NCBI RefSeq assembly: GCF_009914755.1 | Contig: NC_060947.1 | DNA: 64,000 bases | Strand: one strand, 5' to 3' | Source: the human T2T-CHM13v2.0 reference genome, Homo sapiens | Part shown: in pieces, positions 54,002 through 64,000 of the stretch | Numbering within the stretch: the stretch's first letter is position 1 | How the letters are laid out: the number at the start of each line of letters is the position of its first letter | Made by a program: the position numbers and the translations under genes | Notes under the pieces: model-generated | Seen by the model: the letters and a program-made list of their open reading frames with translations, nothing else | What the model was told of the DNA's origin: nothing | The model's database searches: none

Positions 54002-56706
54002 ACTCAAGAACCTAAGAAATCTACCTGGTGCTCTATTCTACTGTGGCTAAGCTGGCACCCCACCCAAAAGATAAAGTCCTTCCCTCTCTTCTCTCCCCTT
54101 TCCACAAACAGAGATGTCTCTCCTCATGGCCACGACGACTACTGAACCAAAGAGAGTACTGTCTGAGGTCCAATGTTCACTCAAGGGCCAAGGCCACTTT
54201 GGCCAGCCTGTGGTGAATGCTGTCAGTCCTGAGTCTCTCCCTTCAGGGCAGTAAGAAAATGGAATCCAGGAGCCAAACTCTGGAATCAGGGACCCTAGGA
54301 GCCCACTTGATGCTCTGCCCCACTGTGGTCAAACTGGAACCCAAGCTGCAAGCCAAAGTCCCCTTTACTCTCACCTCTCCTTTCCTGAAGCAGAAGGATT
54401 CTCTCCCTGTAGCCACCACAGCTGGGAATGTACTGGGTCACACCTGAAACCATCACAGCTCTGAGTCTCACCCAATACCCACAGCAAGTACTGCCTGGCT
54501 ACAGCTGCTGATTATTCAGGGCCCTAGGTCCCTTTGGTCAGCATGTCATGAATTCTGCCAGGACGGGGTCCTTCTCTTCAAGGTGACAGGCTCTCTTCTG
54601 GCCCAGGGTGTGTTCAGAAATGTTATCTGTGAGCTAGGGCCTGGAATGGGGACCTCAAGACTCTGCCTGGTGCCCTATCCTATTGTATGTCTGAGCTGGT
54701 ATCCAAGCAGCAAGACAAAGTTCTCTTTCTTGTCTCCTCTCTTCTTCATAAGCGGAAGGAAGGAGTCTTTCCTGGAGCTGTGAGCTGTGCTGCCTGGGGT
54801 TGGGGGAAGGGAAGCACAAGCAGTCCCTTAGCTGCCCCAGCGGATGTCTCACTAGGTTGTATGTATCCCAAGTCCACTGACTCTGAGCCCGGCACAGCAC
54901 CAGGACTTGCAAAGGAACTGCAGTCCTTGTGGCCTAGACTACCTTTGAAGTTTATTTAGAACCACAGAGCACTCTAATCCATGATGACAAGGCTTGCCGG
55001 AACTCAGGTTCCAAACACTGGGATGGATGATTCTTCCCTGTCTAGGGTTCATCTAAATGCTCCCTCTGCGGGATTTGGCTGAGTTCTGTTCTTTGTCGGT
55101 TTCCACTGTGACAGGGCAGCACTGATTTTCAATGCAAAGTCCTATAATCACTGCAATCTCCCTTCTGCAAGCACATAGACTCTCTCTTCATGCCATGTGA
55201 CTGCTGCCATGGATGAGGGAGAGCTGGTATAGGTGATAGAATATTGCCTTTACTACCCTCTTCTGTGCCTCTTTCTGTGATACAACCCAAAAACCAGGTA
55301 CTACGATCATGCACCTAATTTTTCACTCTTATGAAGGTGCTTTTCTAGTGTGGACAGTTGTTCAATTTGATGTTCCTGCAACAGGGATAATTACTGGAGG
55401 CTTCTGTTTGGCGATTTTTCTCCACCTCCTCCACAATAAACTTCGAGACTCATTTTCCCTCAAATATATGGTGACCATATAAAATGACTAGATATTTTTA
55501 AAATGTATGGTGTATCATTAAATATAGGAATCAGAAATCATGATATATTATAATCCAAGAAATGGCAAACATGTTTTAATATAGAAAAGCAACATTCATT
55601 TAAAAGAAAAGCTTGAGTAGTGCATGTACAAACATATGCACATAGTTTTTTGTTGTTGTTGCATGGCAATAATGAATGGTCCATAGGAAGCATATTAGTA
55701 TTTTTCAACTCCCAAGATTTATAACGTTTATCAAAGTTCAATAAGTGGCCTGTGAAATATAAGCTTTAAAGCCAGAATCCAAACAGAACCAATTACCCCC
55801 TCAAATGTGTAAGACTTCAGCTGTCACTGTTTTCACTATCTCATCACCTTTACCACAAGTACATCCATCGCTATTGTCCTCTAGTTCTCATGCTAACTTT
55901 CTGAATGGGTACCCTCAGCATCTGTGAAGCTGTAGAAACCCTACTGGCCTAGTTTACCTACTTGCCTCAGTAACTAGATCTGCTTTCCTCCAAATTCTGG
56001 TATTCCTTACTAGACTCAGCTGCAAAGCCTGACACTGCATGGTGTCACGGTGTGTATAAATCTTAGGCACTAATATAGTAGTTTCCATTGGAGAATGAAG
56101 TGAGGCAAGGTCTGACAAAATTATACAGTTTTTATCCCCCTAAAACTAATGTGTTCATTCTCCTCTTTACAGCACCTTCTTTCCCAACACGAAGTATGCT
56201 GACATCTTGGGCTAGGAAAGAAGCCAAGGAGAGCATGTCATGTATCATTTTCAAAAATTCCCACTAATTGCCATAGTTATTATACTGCACCCTGCAACCT
56301 GATCTTGGAGGTCAAACTTTAAATTACAACCTCACAGTAAATAGTTCAGAAAGAACCTAATATAAAGTTCCCCATCCAACAACTAGAAATGAAGGAAAAT
56401 GTTCCAGTTTTTCACAAAATTAAACATGCACTAACATTTATTTTCCTACTTAATGGAATGTGAGAAATAGTATTGTTTTTATACTGAATTCTATGAGAAA
56501 ATCGAAAATGTGTCATTGTTTTCAAATCCTGATCCATTTTTGTCCTCCATCCATATAGCTGAACAGTTTAATTATTAATATTTTTCAACTATCCGAGGCA
56601 ACATTAAAGTTCAAATGCAAACACATTTATTTTCATTTTGAAAACATAAATTCAGTTTAGTAACAATAACATAAAGAAGCTGCGTGGCTGGATGCAAAAG
56701 ATTCTT

Positions 56707-57018
<312 letters not shown>

Positions 57019-57444
57019 GATTCTTGTGGCAAATACATTATGGCAACCCTCAAATCAATCTTCCTGATTAAATGCTTTTAAAGAAAATAAAGAAATTGGC
57101 AGATGTCATCAGGAGCCAAGGACAAATATGAATATATCACGTTTGGAAGACTGTTTAAATTATCTCTAGTAAGAATAGGTAATGTTGACACTCTGAAATT
57201 CTATTCATTTATGTGGAAATAGAAGCTCACTCTCAACTTCAATAATTTTGCCACTACATAGCATCTGGCACAGTGCCTGGCACATACTACACACTCAATA
57301 AATATTTCTTCAATGTATAAGTAGTATAACTTAATTATGAACAAGACATAGTTTTGATATTTCTGATTGGGAATTTTTGTACTAAGATTAAAATGTCAAC
57401 TTCTATTAAATCTGCTCTCTGAGATAGTCTATTAGTTTAATTTG

Positions 57445-57891
57445 AATTGTTCCAACCCCTGGCTGTTACCCAGTTCCAAAGTCACTTCCACGTGTTCGGG
57501 TATCTTTATAGCAGCACCCCACTCTCTGCGGTACCAATGTACTGTACTAGTCTGTTCTCACGCTGCTAATTAAAGACATAATAGAGACTGGATAATTTAT
57601 AAAGAAAACAAGTTTAATTGACTCACAGTTCGGCATGGCTGGGGAGGCCTCAGAAAAAATCATGATGGAAGGGGAAGCAAACATGTCCTTCTTCACATGG
57701 CAGCAGGAAGAAGGGCCAAGCAAAAGGGGAAAGGCCCCTTATAAAACCATCAGATCTTGTGAGAACTCACTCACTATCATGAGAACAGCATGAGGGTTAC
57801 ACTCCCATGATTCAATTACCTTCCACCAGGTCCCTCCCACAACACATGGGGATTATGAGAACTACAATTCAAGATGAGCCAAACCATATCA
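57445..57891 (-). mobile_element. THE1 (THE1C/D-like) LTR 57543-57891 plus ~100 bp of adjacent internal sequence
   Basis: TGTACTAGTCTGTTCTCACGCTGCTAAT...TTTAATTGACTCACAGTTC...CCCTTATAAAACCATCAGATCTTGTGAGAACTCAC...CCAAACCATATCA. The internal stub is GTTACCCAGTTCCAAAGTCACTTCCAC...GGTACCAAT. Confidence 0.9.
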
Positions 57892-58417
57892 GCATTATTT
57901 ATCTTTGTGAGAAAGCATTGTTTTTGAAGATACGGCTCTCTCATTTCTGTGAATTCCAGAAATTTAGCTTTCCTGTAATTTAAACTATGAGTCACATGCA
58001 TTGTATTATTAGTACAAGAGATGTCCACATTTAGCTGCATTATCACATTTTTAATTATTGACAGAAAAATTATTATGACCATAATCCATGTGCAACCTAA
58101 CCGAATGTCACGTTATCATCTATAAATAATTCCTACTTCTTATTAGTCCAATAGCTTAATTATCAATACTCATCAACACTCATATATTGTCTGTTATATA
58201 TTATTGCACCAGAATCTTGCTACTGCTTAATCACCCATGGGGTATGATATCAACATATGAGGACTGAATGAAATATCAGCACCATTTTTAGAGCTCCTGA
58301 GAAAGTAATTAAAATATTTGGCCCACGTCACTTGATAGAAAAATAGGAACAGAAGATATCTAAGTAGAGGTTTACAAAGAAGTTGAGATTTCTACTCTGT
58401 CTTAATTTCAGTTAGAT

Positions 58418-58580
58418 CAGTGCTTCTCAAACTTAAACTGATCAGGGATCACCTGGGATATTGCTAAACTGCACAATTCTGATTCTGTATATATCAGAAT
58501 GAGAGCTGAGAGTCTGCATTTTTAACAAGTTCTCAGGTGACGCTGATGCTACTGGTCCTACACCACCTTGATCTGCAAGT
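58418..58580. mobile_element. MER5-type DNA transposon
   Basis: CAGTGCTTCTCAAACTT...GATCACCTGGG...CTGCATTTTTAACAAGTTCTCAGGTGACGCTGATGCT. Confidence 0.8.
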
Positions 58581-59911
58581 TACTATTGCTTAACATTACT
58601 GGAAGAAGTAAAACAGAAAAATCAATGAACTTACCAAATTGTGAAATAAAATCACAATTAGGAGTTTGAGATTGTGCACCTCCAAAGTATTTACTGCAAC
58701 GAATTCAATTCCAAGATTGGAATTACCTGAATAACTTAATTTAGTTGTTCATCTATTCATTCATATATTCACATACGCAAACTTCACTGCACTTGGGAGA
58801 AAATAACCCACTCATTTGTTCAGCACCTCCTTTTCTCTATCCACTCTCACATATGCCATCTTATTTCCAGAGTCAAATAGACACTTGGGGGAAAAAAAAA
58901 GAGATGAGCCATATTTGTTAGATGTATTTTTCTGTCCAGTCAAAGCATTGATGGTGATTCACAATTATTTTCCATATTATGGCTTGTGTATCTACCCAGA
59001 TACTATTCATATCTCTCCTCCTGCTGATATAAACCAAAAAACACAACTTCACTTGGCCTCCTGACTTGCTTTCATTTTTTTCCCTTACCGTCACAGAAGT
59101 TTTAGTTTCTGCCTGCATGTCCTAACTACAATTATCAGAAAAGTTGATGGAACTTGCTGTGCTTAACTTTGAGTCCTTATAAAAATGTCAGTAAATCTTT
59201 TTTGCTCTCTGCAGGTTGCATTTTTCAATCAAATTAATTAGTTTATTCATAGAGAAGAAAATCTTCTGTTTTCCCTGTGCCAGTTGTCTTCTTGCACTTC
59301 CACAGTTGGAAGTTGTGTGTTTTTCTTCCGAATTCCTTACCTCCTACCATCCCAAGTGTATTCCACAGCATTAAAAAAAAAATCATTGGCTTACTCCTCT
59401 TAAGGGGTTCTAACAAAACCACATCAATATTCTCTTGTTTTAAACACTACATTATGAAAGGAATGGCACTTAGTTTTCTCATTTAAATCATATAAACATT
59501 GGTAAAGTTTTGTAATTGACCAGTATCGGCACGTGCCAAACTCATTTGTGACTGGAGATGTGTTAATAAACTTCTTTATTGTATTAGCTTTTACCTCATC
59601 AGAAATTTATGTCCATAAAAGCAACAGAATTGGAGGGAAAATACAATAGCAAGGAAAGAATCAAATGAGAGTGTGGTTATGAAGGAGAAAGAAAGGAGGA
59701 AGTATCTGTATGGTTATCTTTCCTGACATTCCTTTGTAAGCATATTTTTAAATGTTGCCATTGTGAAAAAATAACTGCAAATGTATTTCTAATCATCCTG
59801 CTCATGCTCCCTTATCCCCATACAAAATAACCACAGCTATACTCTTTGGGAAAAAAAAATGACTGAGGCAATTAGAAAAGGCTGGAGAAAAAAAGTAAAA
59901 AACATCTATGA

Positions 59912-60050
59912 GGGTCAGGTTTGGTAGCTCAGGTCTGTAATACTAGTACTTTGGGAGGCCAAGGTGGGAGAGGATCACTTGAGGCCAGGAGCTTGAGACT
60001 AGCCTGGGAAACATAACAAGACCTCATTCCCTGCAAAATTTTTTTAAAAG
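59912..60050 (+). mobile_element. Alu monomer (FLAM-like)
   Basis: GTAATACTAGTACTTTGGGAGGCCAAGG...GGATCACTTGAGGCCAGGAG. Confidence 0.8.
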
Positions 60051-61403
60051 TTAAAAAATTATATATAAGTTATTATACAAAATATATGAAATATAATTAT
60101 ATATAAAATTATATAATACTTCATATAGAAAATATCAAATTACATATAAAAAGTGACATGGTATGGTAAAATAGTTAACTGACAGCTCATCATCTTATTT
60201 ATCACAGTTATCTTTCTTCACATTTTATAATAATTTTGCATTCACAAACTAACTTTTTATACCCTATCTCATCTAGTATCTTTCAGAGGTATGTCAGCCT
60301 CATGACACTATTGCTGTTTTACAAAACTATAAAGTAGAGAACAGAAAAGAAAAGTATATTGCCCCAGTTCACATAAATAAGTGTTTGAGAAAGCAAGCCC
60401 TTATTCCTTAGGCAAACTGGAGAGGATTTTATGTAAGGCAGAAATCAGGGCACGCTATTATCTTTGTATTTTTAATATTTCTTGTTTTGCATAATTGTTG
60501 ATGGTTTATGGGATAAATATTATTTCCTAGATGCAACTTGAATAATAGTAACTGTGGGCACAAATTGAAGCAGTCTATTTCCAAAGGAAAAAGCACTTTT
60601 ACTGTCAAAAGGAAAAAAAAATAGGAACTAAAACTAAACAGAGAAGTGGTTTTTAAAATAACTAAATGGCTAAGATAGTAAAGTATACTTTTATCACAAC
60701 TACCAGCTGGTCTAAGACACTACTGTGTCTTAACTGGCCAACTTCACTGGCCTAATAACTGTCCTCTCTTCCTCCAGTGGCCTTCCTGATAGGTTTTCTT
60801 GACCTATCTCTCACCTACATAAAATCTGATGGCTTTGTCTTGCACTTAGTCTAGAATTCAAAGCCCTTATTCAAAGCCCTGACTGACACTACAATATGTA
60901 ATCAGTCTCCTACCTATATTTCAACCCCATCTCAGACCTCAGCCATCTAACTTACCACCCTGCAACTCTACAGTCCCCCTGGCCTTTTGGTTCCTCCAGC
61001 AAGCCAAACTGTCCCTATTTTTGGGCCTTTGCATTAGCTGTTCCTAATCCGTGAACCACACTTCCTTGTGATCTGCAAATAGTGGTACCTTCTTGTCATT
61101 CAAATCTCAAACTAAATGGTACCAACCTTCAAAGTCTTACCTGGATCACAAAGTCTAAAGTAGCCTCCCCTCAACCATTCTCTATCACATTACATTTTAA
61201 TCTCTTCAAAAACTATATTCCTATCCGGTATTTTTCTTGTGTTCTTTTTTTTCTTGGCTGCCAGCCTCTACAGAATATGTTTCATGAGATCTGGGGCCAG
61301 ACCTTGTATGATCATTATTGAGTCTCCAGTGCCATTAATTGTTTTTGATAATGTATTCCATTAATATTTGTTCATATAGAGAGATATATGTGTATTTTAT
61401 ACG

Positions 61404-61428
61404 TATATATATATATATATATATATAT
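61404..61428. repeat. (TA)n microsatellite
   Basis: Directly visible in the sequence. Confidence 0.95.
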
Positions 61429-61464
61429 CTCACAATGACTATATATCAAATATAATTTGATGTT

Positions 61465-61550
61465 GCTATTAGGTTGGTACAAAAGTAATTACAGTTTTTC
61501 CCATTACTTACAATGGAAAAAAACATGATTACTTTTGCAGCAACCTAATA
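61465..61550 (-). ncRNA. MIR548F5: MADE1 (mariner MITE)-derived pre-miRNA hairpin, miR-548f-5; mature 3p AAAAACUGUAAUUACUUUU at 61481-61499
   Basis: Palindromic ~80-bp MADE1 with TIRs TATTAGGTTGGTACAAAAGTAAT...ATTACTTTTGCAGCAACCTAATA and TA flanks. The minus-strand sequence matches my recollection of the miR-548f-5 precursor, which is annotated inside DMD. Confidence 0.85.
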
Positions 61551-64000
61551 GTAAGTATGTTGGTAGATAGGATTAATAATTGCTAAGTGTAAATGTTCAT
61601 AGATTTTAGTGATAAGCTTATCTGTATTTACAAGAAGTTTTTAACTTTTGTTATATCAACTTAGAAATTATAGCATAGCTTTGGATATACTTAATATGAC
61701 TAGACAAATGTTAATTATCATTTCTCTAATCGCTAAACCAAGGCTTAGGCAGGAAATAATGGCTTCCGACTGGATCTATCCAAACCCTGTCTTAGGTAGA
61801 GAGAGAAAAGAAGTATCGATGAATCCATTTTTGTTTACTAGTAATCTTCTACTCTGAAGTAATCATATATTTAGAAAAAAAATAGGTAATGCTCCAAGTT
61901 GAAGCTAATCATTGGAGATAATCCATTCTCATGACCATGATAATGGAAACTGAACAGGTTATAATTTATTTGAAGCATTAAGTAAAACCTAGATTAGTTT
62001 TTTAAAAATAATGACAATACCCTCTTTTCATAATCACGTTTTTTGTTTCCTCTCACAAAATCTTTCAAAAATCAGGTTCAGCAAAGCTTACATAATGGCT
62101 TATCACATTAGAATTTAATAGGTTTTATGCACGAACACATACATAGTCAAAGTGGCAAGGAAGACTGTTATTTATAAACTCTCATATTATTTCTGAATTT
62201 GTGTTGCTCAAATAATGCTTTGTATATTCATTTTTAAGGAATTTTCCAGAAAAGTCTATGTGATAGAAGTGGTTACATGTACGTGTCTCATTTTAAAAAC
62301 TCTGTGAGATGTTTTAGCAAAAGCTATACCAGCTAGAAGGCTCTCCTTGCCTTCTTAATAATTATTCTAAAAGCTGTAACACGTACAAAAGCTCTTGAAT
62401 CTTCCCTAAGGACAAACTAATTTTTTATGTCAATCTCAGCTAGGTGGTAATACTGCCATTTTAGCATTTCCATTCTCTAGTGGGATGGGGATGAGGAAAT
62501 TACACGCACAGAAGTCTAGGTGTCTGTCATCCTTCACTTAATGGCAGACATCCCTTGAAGGGGGGAATTTTTGAATGAACATCTTTTTAAATGTTAGAAT
62601 CACAGATAAAAGACTTTTTTTATGTTTCAGATAAGCAAAGAAAAAGTTGCAATTTTAATTCCAGGAGGAATTCATATTTTCTTGCAACTCAATTTCACAC
62701 AGCAATTAATTAACTGATTAGTATGAATAATTAATGCCATATTGTTAGTTTTATTGAAAATGGGGAGTGTAAGAAAAATGAGAGCATTTAGCCTCCAGGA
62801 GAGGATGGAAACCTAGAGTGCACAAAGGAGAAGACACTGGTGGCTATTATGGCAAGGACAGTAAAGAGGTGGTTGGATTTTCAAAACTTTCTAATTTTGT
62901 TTGAGGTTGCTTTAAGTTCCACAGATCACTGCAAATAGAAGTTCTAACCTGAAGAATGTTGGCATATGACCACAGAAGGCAGCTTATATCTTAATATCGA
63001 TAATAGATGGAGTAAATTAGTGGACCTGGTAAACACTGGGGAGTGGGCAGACTCAACAGTTATAATATGATTATTGTACCTCTCACATCTAGGGGTAGTG
63101 ACAATCATCACCACGATCACAGCAGGCGAATAATATCAATATGCATAGATTAGTATCTCCTGGCTTGGAATACATATATAGTTATGAAACCTCTATCTTA
63201 CATGTACCTTATTTATTCTTTCAAAAGGCCTGAGCTTAAAAATGTGTTTTTCCCCTCCATAATTTCACACTATAATTTAGTACTGGAATACCAATCCTTC
63301 TAGCATATCTAATGAGTTTCCTTGGTCCTTTTTTTTTTTTAACGCTTTTGAACTTCATAAATAATAGTTAAATAAACTTAAGGCATTTGGACAATTTTTT
63401 TCACTTAATGTATTCAAATCCACAGTTGGCACTTCATTTCTTTTCATTTAAAAATAAATCTATCTTGTCTTGATAGGCTTTACATGAATATACACACCTA
63501 ACAATATAAATCAAAACACATATCCAGAATGATGAGATCTGCTTGTTACCTTTATAAGAAATATGTCATTTTTCAGAAATGTCTCAAATCCTCTTTTTTA
63601 TTAAGTCAATATATATTCTTAAGATAATTCATAGCCATACTGTATTTTAATAAGAATTTCCCAAAACGTTTGAATAATGTTTTTCAAGAGGATTTCCATA
63701 TATAGATGAGTAACTCTTTAATATTTTCAAGGGCTTTTTCTTCAGAAGAGAAGTTTCGTGTCAACTATAGCTAATAGGTGATTTTATGTACACAATCTCC
63801 TGTGCATGCTTCTGTGCCTTTTATAGTGACATTTTAATGTTTGGAGGAAAACCTAGAAAATAATAACTATGACAGAATTTTGGCAAATCTTAAAACATAG
63901 TTCTGTAGATAACAGTGCATCTATCTAACATCTGCTCTTTTAGTTACAAAAGTGAAAACCAAAATGTTATTTCTATGAAAATCCAACCAGTCTCCTTTGA

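Larger units (their letters stand above)
47885..55435 (-). mobile_element. Large L1MA-type element (3'UTR, internal deletion, endonuclease region, ORF1, 5' region) interrupted by an MST MaLR
   Basis: Antisense 3'UTR at 47885-48410. The endonuclease-like frame MEQVFHANRNQKRTGLAILLSDKIGFKTKTIKRDNAGHCRMIKGSIQQEDITIVN is at 49143-49373. ORF1-like and GC-richer 5' sequence lies on both sides of the MaLR. Confidence 0.85.

Noticed and set aside
50810-55314. Dense short ORFs
   Set aside because: They come from L1 5' and MaLR internal sequence, with no coherent reading frame.
63000-64000. DMD exon 11
   Set aside because: No matching coding sequence is visible. From the gene layout it should lie just beyond the right edge of the window.

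Overview
This is primate (most likely human) X-chromosome DNA lying entirely inside the dystrophin gene DMD, which is transcribed on the minus strand. Only two coding exons are present: exon 12 (34296-34446, 151 nt) and exon 13 (15786-15905, 120 nt), which encode most of spectrin-like repeat 2. The rest is most of intron 11, all of intron 12 (18,390 nt) and part of intron 13. Intron 11 holds a MADE1-derived hairpin matching the annotated microRNA MIR548F5 (61465-61550, minus strand). The introns are dominated by Alu, L1, L2, MIR, LTR (MER52, MLT, MST, THE1, MER34-like) and DNA-transposon fossils, several of them nested. Almost every ORF in the supplied track is a spurious or repeat-derived frame. 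I see no evidence of a new multi-gene system. The most unusual unexplained structures are an AT-rich cluster of nested palindromes plus a duplication (6281-6625) and a duplication-inversion-duplication scar inside an L1 (24189-24285). There is also a sense-oriented THE1 LTR with DUX4-type, TATA and splice-donor motifs upstream of exon 12. Exon numbering, the miRNA name and repeat subfamily names come from recognising the sequence by memory, not from a database search. Boundaries of old repeats are approximate.
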